Below are positions 1-9,625 of a stretch of 64,000 nt of DNA, in pieces. How positions within the stretch are numbered: position 1 is the first letter of the stretch; each line of letters opens with the position of its first letter. Origin of the DNA: Squalus acanthias (Eukaryota). The notes under the pieces were generated by a model, which was not told where the DNA came from, searched no databases, and saw only the letters and a program-made list of their open reading frames with translations. Location: positions 4,404,001 to 4,468,000 of the forward strand of contig JASTWF010000033.1 in NCBI GenBank assembly GCA_030390025.1, read 5' to 3'. A program made the position numbers and the translations under genes.

Positions 1-689
1 TTGTCAGTTTCTGGGAAGGTTCTGACGAAAGGTCATCGAGCTGAAACATTTACTCTGTTTTTCTGTATCTCCACTGATGCTGCCTAACATACTGAGTATT
101 TCCAGCATTTTCTGTTTTTATTTCTATTCTGCATGTTGTCTTGATTTCATGTGTCTCTCTCACTGCCTGTCTGCCTTGTGTTGATTTGAGTAGAGTGGAA
201 TAAAAAGAATGTAAAGATCCCAGAACAGCTTTTATTGTCAGACAGTCCACAAAGACATTTTTCGGCATCTCACTGTCTGACTGTCCGACTTGAAGTGAAG
301 TGAAATGAAATAAAGTGCAATAAAGTGATACACAACAGCATTACATGTGGACCAGGCCAGAATGAAATCAACAGGATTTAATACAACAACAGCAAGTAAT
401 AAGACAGCAGAACACATCTCACACAAACACCAGCTTTTGCCCTCTCTCTCTCTCACACACACACACACAATCTGGCCAGCCTGCAGAGGGATGACTGCCG
501 TGTTGGAAGATTAAAACCAAAAAGACACTTTCAGTATCTTATCTTTTCACTTTGTGGCCTACAGAAACAGGCTTTCTATTCTGCAACTTGCCTTTTGATT
601 TCATGTCTCTCTCGCTCTTACTCTCTGTCTGTCACTCACACAGTCTCCCTCCCACCCACATTGAACTAAAATTTACAGTAACATGACGC

Positions 690-900
690 ACACACTCATA
701 CAGGCTCTGCAATTTGCAGACACAGACAACCCCTCACTTACAGACACACTCACACAGTCTCTGCAATTTGCAGACACACAGACACCCATGCACACAGACA
801 CACTCATACAGGCTCTGCAATTTGCAGACACAGACAACCACTCACTTACAGACACACTCACACAGTCTCTGCAATTTGCAGAAACTCACCCTCACACACA
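690..900. repeat. 54-bp minisatellite with palindromic core TCTGCAA-T-TTGCAGA
   Basis: Core at 706, 760, 814 and 868 (exact 54-bp spacing, alternating A/B variants). Further cores at 2686/2742 and 3778/3832 in the duplicated copies. Confidence 0.9.
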
Positions 901-1860
901 CACATCCATTTGGAAAGATGTGGAGCCTGGGAGTGTCAATTTTTGATGATGTCCCTTCCTCGCTCTGCGTCCATGTTTGACGAGGACAATCAAACAGGAA
1001 GTGGTGAAGCCGAGACCCCAGAAATCCGGGTCCCCGAGAGGAAATGAAAGCCCGGGAGGTAGAAAAGAAGTAAATACAATCAGGAATAAATAATAATATA
1101 TATACTTTAATTCTGGTAATTAAATGTCTGCCTGTCTGTGGTTTGCCTGGAGAGTAATAAAATGAATGGAAAGATCGCACAGCAGCTTTTGCTGTGAAAA
1201 CATCCCAAGCCCATTCCCCAATAAAGCCCAGTCCAGAAAAAAAACAAATGGATTATTCTGAAAATCATTAATAAAATATAATATATACTTTTTCTTTAAC
1301 AAATATCATGTCTTGTTTGAGTTGGGCTTAAGGGGAGAGTAAGATCCCACAGCAGGAAATGCCATGAAACGCTCCACAAACATTCCCCAATAAAGTCCAG
1401 TCCAGAAAAATATCAAATAGCATGATGTATATATGTAGATTTGCTTTTTACAAAATTCTTGTAAGAAAGAGAAAGTAAGATCCCACAACAGTGCAGTCTG
1501 GAATTAAATCAGTATGATCTAATGGAGTTTACTTTCTGTTTTTTTCAGATATGAGATGCAGTACCAATGCACACGGCAGAGAACTTGAACACAGACAAGC
1601 CCTGCAGACACATCAGCTTTTGTTGTCTCTCTCTCTCTCTCTCACAAACACACACACACACACACACACAGCCAGTCTGCAAAACTGCCACAAATCACTG
1701 TCAGCAATGAAAGAATGTTGATTTCTATCATTGCTCTGCTCTGTTTCTCAGTTTAAAAGCAAAGAGACGGTTTTCAGTATATTATCTTTTCAGTTTGTGG
1801 CCTACAGAAACAGGCTTTCTAATCTACATCAAAAGGAAGTGCTGTGGATGTGGGAAATCT

Positions 1861-2080
1861 GAAATAAAATCAGAAAATGCTGGAAATACTCAGCAGGTAA
1901 GGCAGCATCTGTGGAGAGAGAGCGAAACAGAGTTAATATTTCAGCTCAATTACCTTTTGTCAGATTCTGGCAAAGTTCTGACGAAAGGTCATCGAGCTGA
2001 AACATTTACTCTGTTTCTCTGTATCTTCACTGATGCTGCCTAACATACTGAGTATTTCCAGCATTTTCTGTTTTTACTTC
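1861..2080. mobile_element. Inverted (hairpin) pair of Penelope terminal-repeat fragments, each arm with a degenerate hammerhead motif
   Basis: 1861-1963 is the approximate reverse complement of 1977-2080, and both match the 3' end of the Penelope element at 5431-5535. The right arm reads agtt-CTGACGA-aaggtcatcgagct-GAAAC. A duplicate of the right arm lies at ~18-124. Confidence 0.8.
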
Positions 2081-3895
2081 TATTCTGCATGTTGTCTTGA
2101 TTTCATGTGTCTCTCTCACTGCCTGCCTGTCTGCCTTGTGTTGATTTGAGTAGAGTGGAATAAAAAGAATGCAAAGATCCCAGACAGCTTTTATTGTCAG
2201 ACAGTCCACAAAGACATTTTTCAGTATCTCACTGACTAACTGTCGATATTGAAGTGAAGTGAAATGAAATAAAGTGCAATAAAGTGATGCACAACAGCAT
2301 TACATGTGGACCAGGCCAGAATGAAATCAAGAGGGTTTAATACAACAACAGCAGGTAATCAGACAGCAGACCACATCTCACACAAACACCAGCTTTTGCG
2401 CTCTCTCTCTCTCTCTCTCTTTCTCTCACACACACACTCACAGCCTGGCCAGCCTGCAGAGGGATGACTGCCTTGTTGGAAGATTAAAACCAACAAGAGA
2501 CTTTTCAGTATCTTATATTTTAACTGTGGACTACAGAAACAGGCTTTCTATTGTGCAACTTGCCTTTTGATTTCATGTCTCTCTCACTCTCACTGACTGA
2601 CTCTCTGTCTGTCACTCAAACAGTCTCCCTCCCACCCACATAGAACTAAAAGTTACAATAACATGACACACACACTCACACAGACTCTGCAATTTGCAGA
2701 AACACAGACACCCACGCACTTACAGACACACTCATACAGACTCTGCAATTTGCAGAAACTCACCCTCACACACACACATCCATTTTGAAAGATGCGGAGC
2801 CTGGGAGAGTCAATGTTTGATGATGTCCCTTCCTGGCTGTGCGTCCATGTTTGATGAGGGCAATCAAACAGGAAGAAGTGAAGCCGAGGCCTCAGAAATC
2901 CGGGTCCCCGAGAGGAAATGAAAGCCCGGGAGGGTGAAAAGAAGTAAATACAATCAGGAATAAATAATATATATACTTTACTTCTGTTAACTAAATGTCT
3001 GCCTGTCTGTGGTTTGCCTGGAGTGTAATAAAATGAATGGAAAGATCGCACAGCAGCTTTTGCTCTGAACACATCCCAAGCACATTCCCCAATAAAGACC
3101 AGTCCAGAAAAAAATCAAATGTATTATTCTTAAAATAATTTTAAAAAAATATATAATTTTTTTTAGCAAATGTCTTGTCTTGTTTGAGTTAGGCTGAAGG
3201 GGAGAGTAAGATCCCACAGCAGGACGTGCCATGAAACACTTCACAAACATTCCCCCATAAAGTCCAGTCCAGTAAAATATCAAATGGCTTGATGTATATA
3301 TGTAGATTTGCTTTTTACAACATTCTTGTAAGAAAGGCAAAGTAAGATCCCACCACAGCATAGTCTGGAATTAAATCAGTATGATCTAATGGTATATACT
3401 TTCTGTTGCTTTCAGACTTGAGATGCAGTACCAATGCACACGGCAGATAACTTGAACACAGACAAGCCCTGCATACACATCAGCTTTTGCTGTCTGTCTC
3501 TCTCTCTCACACACACACAGCCAGCCTGCAAAATTGCCACAAATCACTGTCAGCAATGAAAGAAAGTTGATTTCTTTCATTGCTCTGCTCTGTTTGGGAG
3601 TTTAAAAGCAAACAGACAGTTTTCAGTATTTTATTCTGCATGTTGTCTTGATTTCTCTTCACTGCCTGCCAGCCTTCCTTGTCACACACAAACTCACAGC
3701 CTGGCCAGCCTGCGGAGGGATGACTGCCGAGTTGGAAGATTAAAACCAAAATGACATACAGACACACTCAGACAGACTCTGCAATTTGCAGAAACTCACA
3801 CTCTCACACATACAGACACACTCAGACAGACTCTGCAATTTGCAGAAACTCACTCACACTCACATCTATTTTGAAAGGTGTGCAGCCTGGGAGCG

Positions 3896-3910
3896 GCTGA
3901 GTCACGTGAC
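3896..3910. promoter_or_regulatory. Composite motif: AP-1/ARE-like GCTGAGTCA overlapping palindromic E-box GTCACGTGAC, in a short CpG-rich patch
   Basis: Sequence GCTGAGTCACGTGAC; nearby GATGACGC half-CRE and retained CpGs at 3890-3975. Motif match only. Confidence 0.3.
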
Positions 3911-3992
3911 CCTGTGGCTGGGGCTCTGAACTCACAATGGGCGATGACGCGTTCAGCTCGAGCGGGAAACCGTTCAATTAAATTAAATTCAA

Positions 3993-4083
3993 TTAACGTA
4001 CAATCACTCTCAATCCGGGTCTTGTTCCCTGCAGCGCCCTCAGGAGTTTCTTTCCGGTTAAACTGAACCGATTGTCCCACAGC
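3993..4083 (-). CDS. NLR terminal coding exon
   Basis: ctgtttcag|G CTG TGG GAC AAT CGG TTC...; LWDNRFSLTGKKLLRALQGTRPGLRVIVR then TAA at 3993-3995. Confidence 0.8.
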
Positions 4084-4252
4084 CTGAAACAGATTAAAGA
4101 TTAAACAGGAAATAAACAGATTGAACATCAGTGTAAATAACCGCGAGACTGGGGTTAATATTTCAATAATAATTACAGACTAATATTACCCACAGTGACT
4201 GAATCCCATTGATATTTTATTTATTACATTAAACATTTACACAAACACTCAC

Positions 4253-4420
4253 TCGATCCGCTCCAGACTCCGGCAGCTCAGTGTGAGGAGGCTGAGAGCG
4301 GGGACAGATCGGTCTGTGAAGGAGTTTGATCCCAGGTCCAGATCCGTCAGTGAGCGGATTGTACTGAGAGCGGAGGCGAGATCCTCGGCACAAGAATCTG
4401 TGAGACCGACAGCCCATAGA
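4253..4420 (-). CDS. NLR LRR exon (168 nt)
   Basis: LWAVGLTDSCAEDLASALSTIRSLTDLDLGSNSFTDRSVPALSLLTLSCRSLERIE; ccccag acceptor, gtgagt donor. Confidence 0.88.
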
Positions 4421-4561
4421 CTGGGGATCAGAGAGAGAAATAACAGGAATCAGAGTCAATCCCCAGAGTTTATTAATAAAACTATTACTGATACTAATAA
4501 TAATGTTCAGTGTTAGACATCCAGTTATTATAAACACAATCTCACACAGTCTGGTACTTAC

Positions 4562-4732
4562 CGCAGTTTCTGTATTTTACAGTCCGGGTTCCTCAGAGCC
4601 GCAGACAATATTTTCACTCCTGAATCTCCCAGTTTATTTCTCCCCAGGTCCAGATCCGTCAGTGAGCGGTTTGTACTGAGAGCGGAGGCGAGATCCTCGG
4701 CACCAGAATCTGTGAGATCGACACCCCATAGA
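4562..4732 (-). CDS. NLR LRR exon (171 nt)
   Basis: ccccag|T CTA TGG...; LWGVDLTDSGAEDLASALSTNRSLTDLDLGRNKLGDSGVKILSAALRNPDCKIQKLR; donor gtaagtaccag; 171 nt is the canonical NLR LRR exon length. Confidence 0.9.
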
Positions 4733-4873
4733 CTGGGGATCAGAGAGAGAAATAACAGAAATCAGAGTCAATCCCCAGAGTTTATTAATAACACTATTAC
4801 TGATACTAATAATAATGTTCAGTGTCAGACATCCTGTTATTATAAACACAATCTCACACAGTCTGGTACTTAC

Positions 4874-4960
4874 TGCAGTGTCTGCATTTTACAGTCCGGG
4901 TTCCTCAGAGCCGCAGACACTAGTTTCACTCCGGAATCTCTCAGTTTATTGTCACTCAGT
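4874..4960 (-). CDS. NLR LRR exon (87 nt)
   Basis: tgtttag|A CTG AGT GAC AAT AAA...; LSDNKLRDSGVKLVSAALRNPDCKMQTLQ; donor gtaagtaccag. Confidence 0.85.
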
Positions 4961-5430
4961 CTAAACACAAAAGGAGAGAGAAACAAACTGAATCAACCCC
5001 CGGATCTGATATATTTTTCTCTCTCGGATATTACAGCAATCACTGAAAGTATTTCAGAACATTAATAACCCGGTTTAACCCCCGCGATTTCCCCCTGGGC
5101 GGGTGGGGCCGGGTGGGGTCGGTGGCGGGCAGGTTTCCCTCAGTCCGGTCTCATTCCCTGATGATCAGAATTACCCTCCTGGAGCTCAGTGACCGGCCCC
5201 GTCATGTTTGGAGAAACTTGTCTCATTTCTGCTGCTCCTTAAATCCCGATTTTATGGGAATGGGCCGATTTTCCCAGAATTAAATGATAAAGCGGTGATT
5301 CCCTGTACTTTATACTCTCTGGATTATATTAATCTGTATAATATCTCTGGGTGAGTTATACTGTGAAACGCTAACTGCTGCTGTAAAATCAGTCCCCCAG
5401 GATTTTATATAACACGGAGAATTTATGATG

Positions 5431-6712
5431 AAATAAAAACAGGAAATGCTGGAAATACCCAGCAGGTCAGGCAGCATCTATAGAGAGAGAAACATAGTTA
5501 ATGTTTCAGGTCGAGGACCCTTGGTCAGAACTGGAAAAAGTTACAGATGTAACAGATTTTAAAGCAAGTGTCGGGGCCGTGAAAGGTGGGGGGAGCGGAG
5601 GAAAGAACAAAAGGGAAGGTCTGTGATAGGGTGGAAGACAGGAGAGATTAAAAGAAAAAGGGATGATGGTGCAGCAAAAGGAGTTGGTAATGGGACAAGT
5701 TAAAATCAAAAGATGAATCTAGATGAGGTGTGAATGGCAATGGCAGATTCATCAACAGCTGCCATGCGAGAGAAAAAAGGGAAAAGGAAAAAACAATAAT
5801 GAAAAAGTAAAATAGAGGCCGAGTTTATAGTCTGAAATTGTTGAACTCGATGTTGAGTCCAGAAGGCTGTACAGTGCCTAATTGAAAGATGAGGTGCTGT
5901 TCCTCGATCTTATGTTGTACTTTGTTGGAAGAGTGTAAGAGGCCGAGGACAGTGAGGTCAGAGTGGGAGTGGAGCGGAGAATTAATGCGACAGGCGACCA
6001 GAAGCTCAGGGTCACCCTTCGGACTGAGCGGAGGTGTTCCGCACAGCGGTCACCCAATCTGTAGAGGAGACCGCATCATGAGCAGCGAATACAGTATACT
6101 AAATTGCAAGAAGTACAAGTAAATCGCTGTTTCACCTGGAAGGGGTGTTTGGGGCCCTGGACAGTGGGAAGGGAAGAGATAAAAGGGCAGGTGCAGCATT
6201 TCCTGCACTTTCACGGGAAGATGCCGTGGGAAGAGGAAGGGTGTTGGGGATGATAGAGGGGTGGTCCAGTGTGTCGCGGAGGGAGCGGTCCCTTCGGAAT
6301 GCTGAAAGGGGAGGTGAGGGGAAGATGTGTTTGGTGGTGGGATCACGTTGGAGCTGGCGGAAATGGCGGTGGATGATCCGTTGAATGTGGAGCCTGGTGG
6401 GGTGAAAGGTGAGGACAAGGGGAACCCTATCGTGGTTCCGGGAGGGAGGGCAAGGGATAAGAGCAGAAGTGCGGGAAATAGAACAAACACAGTCAAGAGT
6501 CGTGTCAACCATGGTAGAGGGGAATCCTTGGATGAAGAATAAGGAAGACATGTCGGAAGCACTAGTATGGAACGTGGCATCGTCAGAGCAGATGCGACAG
6601 TGATGGAAAAACTGGGAGAATGGACCAGGGTCTTTACAGGAAGCGGGTGGGAGGAATTATATTCCAGGTAGCTGTGGGAGTCAGAGGGCTTATAGTGAAT
6701 GTTTGTCAATAG
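5431..6712 (-). mobile_element. 5'-truncated, decayed Penelope-like retroelement (family 1) in an NLR intron
   Basis: Fragments YKPSDSHSYLEYNSSHP, RVPLVLTFHP...IFPSPPLSAFRRDRSLRDTL and an FTCTS.NLVYCIRC GIY-YIG remnant; several frameshifts; 3' terminal repeat at 5431-5535. Confidence 0.85.
5496..5532 (-). ncRNA. Degenerate minimal type I hammerhead ribozyme (Penelope family 1 terminal repeat)
   Basis: Minus strand: AGTT-CTGACCA-A-GGGTC-ctc-GACCT-GAAAC-ATT-AACT. Stem I AGTT/AACT and stem II are intact; core G8 and the stem III G are mutated. Confidence 0.65.
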
Positions 6713-7599
6713 TAGCAATAGAGTTTATTCTGTCCCGTTACACGTTTTAAATGTCCCTCTGCTCCTAGTTTATAGGGGAGGCGAGTCTCTCACTTTATTC
6801 CCATTAAAACGGCTCTACATTTATTTCAGGTGTAACTGGCCCGAGAGGTTTTGGGGAATTTTCGGAAGTTACCTCCCCGAGCGGGGCCTCACACACAGGG
6901 GGCGGATTATGGGGAATTCCCGGGTTCACTGCCCCCGGTTTACCCAGGAGCCGCCCGCTGTGTGCGAGGCCCCACCGCTGGCCGGTGTGTGTCTGTACTC
7001 CGGTTAGATTGGAACCTTTTCACCAGCAGGTTTAAGATCCTGAATATCAATCTTTAATCAATGTTCAGGACTGTGAATAATTGTAAACATTTACAGCTGA
7101 AAGAATTCCCGATTCCCCAATATTCCCAATCCAGGAAACTAACCCCTCGACAGGACACACCCTGCACGGTATTGGAGTAAATATCAAACTGTTCGTGATT
7201 TAAACTCCAGTTTCTCTCCTGTTCCCAGTTGAAACGGTGGATGTGGAAAATATTTTAATTTCATTTTATCTTGACTGCCGTATTATATTGCATATTTACT
7301 TTCCGCTGTCCAGCCTTATTAAATATGATTTATTTTAATTCAATTATCAGACTCTCAGTGACCTGTATTTGCTGATCCGATAAAGAATGTAAAATCCCTA
7401 CTTGTTCACATTGATCCATTTTAGATTCTCCAGTCCTTAGGGAATTACTAACCGAGCCTCTTATTATTGGTCATATTTGTGTTGAATCTGCTTCTCCCTG
7501 GTTTAACTGAACTGTTTGTTGCCCTTCATTACGGAGCAACAACACAATCCCTGACTGATCTACAATTCGCCCAACAGTTAGAGACAAATAAACAGTTAC

Positions 7600-9342
7600 C
7601 TCAACACCCGGCATTTGTGCAGTACGGGTCCCAGCCGCTGGAGTCCCTCACACTGAATGGAATAGCCTTCTAGATCGAGTTATTTTATTGTATCACAGAG
7701 TCCAATGACATGAGACAGGACCGCCCAGTCAATCTGGGTCAATGTCAATCCACGAAATGTAAGTGATTCCACTGATCCCACTGTGTTCCGAGCCAGTCCT
7801 TTATTCTGAGACTCAAACAGGTAGTGGAATGTGTTCAGGAGGTTCTTTTTCTCATGTACAAGCCCTGTGTTCCTAATCAGTCCTTCAACCTTCTCCTTCA
7901 CCCAGTCAATCACTCGGCAGGTGGTTTGATGAAGAAATGGACCCAGAAACTCCTCCAGGGGCCGAGCTGACTGTGGGGAGGAGAGACCAGCAACAAAACG
8001 GAGAAATATCTCAAATCGCCCATCTTCCTTGCTGTGGGCTTCTCTGAGGAGTTTCAGGATGTCCCCGGGATTTGGAGTCAGGAATTGTGCGAGTGCGGCT
8101 ACAAACTCTTGGATGGTGAGGTGCGGGAATGTGTACACCACGCTCTGGGCAGAAACATCTCTCTCCAAAAGTTCCATCATGAACCCAGACAGGAACTGGG
8201 TAGGTTGCAGTTTGTACTTGATCAAATCTCCATTTCCAAACACAAACTTCTTCTCGGAGACTCCTGTGAAGGCCATCTCACCAAGCTTCAGTAACACATC
8301 ACGGGGGCTTTCAATCTCTCGGCCATGGTTTTTCAGAATGTTGTAAATATAGTAGGAATATAGTTGGGTGATGGTCTTGGGAACTCGCTGCTGATTCCTG
8401 TCTCTTTGTGTAAAGAAGGGACCCAGTGAGAGGCCGAGGATCCAGCAGTAGGAAGGGTTGTAGCACATGGTGTACAGGATCTCGTTCTGTTCCACATGTT
8501 TGAAAACAGCTGCTGCCACCGTCTGATCTTCAAAAAATGTGTTGAAATATTCCTTCCGCTCCTCACCAATAAATCCCAGGATTTCAGCCCAGACACTGAT
8601 CTCAGCCTTTTCCAATAAATGTAATGCAGAAGGGCGGCTGGTCACTAGCACTGAACATCCTGGGAGCAGTTTGTGCTGTATTAAACTGTACACAATGTCA
8701 GACACTTCACACCAGTCTTCAGGATCTGTGCACATGTGCTGAGGTTCTGTATTTCTCCGATTGTCAGCAAAATCGATCCTTTCCTTGAATTCATCCAAAC
8801 CATCGAATATAAACAGCAATCCCTCTGGGTTCTTCCAGAGCTCTCCCAGAATATTCCCAAAGTAAGGATACAGATCCAGAATCAGATTCCTCAGGTTTAT
8901 TCGACAGTCAATAGCGTTCAAATCCCGGAATTTAAAGCTGAAAACAAATTGAAAGTTTGGGTATATTTTCCCAGTGGCCCAGTCATGAACAATCTTTTGT
9001 ACCATTGTTGTTTTTCCAATCCCCGGGACTCCGCTCACTGCTCCTGAACTCCCAGAATTGGATTTTCTCCGTGAAAAACTGCTGTGGAACAATTGATCAG
9101 TTCGGATTTTCTCCAGTTCTCCCCGGAGATGTTGCTTTCTCCACTCTTCATGGTCTCGGCCTCTTGCCAGCAGTTCATGTTCTACAAGTTTCCGATCCCG
9201 AACAGTAGAAATGACCGTTAGCTCAGCATATCGATCAAACAGCTGGAAAATCTTAACCTTCTCCTTTATTAGGATAGTGTTCACTCTCAGTGTTTCAGTT
9301 GGTTTTGTTCCCGGAGTGTTTCCTTGTGTTTCTGTTGAACAT
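7600..9342 (-). CDS. Large NACHT/HD exon of the NLR (disrupted)
   Basis: ORF 7680-9284 (534 aa) is NACHT-HD1-WHD-HD2. Acceptor ctgttctaattgaag|ATGTTCAACAG (DVQQKHKETLREQ). After the TAA the frame continues LDLEGYSIQCEGLQRLGPVLHKCRVL to donor AG|gtaac at 7600. Confidence 0.9.
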
Positions 9343-9625
9343 CTTCAATTAGAACAGACAGAAAGTGGTTCTCAATGTTAGTTGTATTAACAGAAAGACA
9401 ACTTCTCAATAACATTTCATTATTCAGTAAAATGTTGCAAGGTTTAATTCACAGCTTCAATAGAGGTGGGTGTTGAAATTAAAACTCAGTTAATGGAAAC
9501 CTCATTTGAAAGTGAACAATGGCCGAGAAAAGTTTCGTGATTCTAAAATTCACTGAACATGCAGGTTTCAATGATATGACTTCTACCTCTGATGGTTAAT
9601 ACTTTGCAGCCTGTCCTTTACTATT

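Larger units (their letters stand above)
1..3890. repeat. ~1.96-kb tandem segmental duplication (two copies plus a partial third), with internal CT/CA microsatellites
   Basis: 1-~1810 realigns to ~1958-3640: ttgtcagtttctgggaagg (1) vs ttgtcagattctggcaaag (1958); cagaaatccgggtccccgagaggaaatgaaagcccgggagg at ~1020 and ~2894. A partial third copy runs ~3640-3890. Confidence 0.9.
3993..9342 (-). pseudogene. NACHT-LRR (NLRC3/NLRP-like, fish-type expanded NLR) gene, probably a recent pseudogene; N-terminal exons not identified
   Basis: Exons 9342-7600, 4960-4874, 4732-4562, 4420-4253 and 4083-3993 have AG/GT boundaries and compatible phase. NACHT Walker A GVPGIGKT, Walker B LLFIFDGLDE, winged-helix FPHLTIQEF and RI-type LRRs are present. 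Lesions: 5-nt insertion near 9300-9304 and TAA at 7680-7682. Confidence 0.85.

Noticed and set aside
50..3767. Short ORFs in the duplicated region
   Set aside because: Derived from CA/CT repeats and Penelope ends; frames are not conserved between the duplicate copies.
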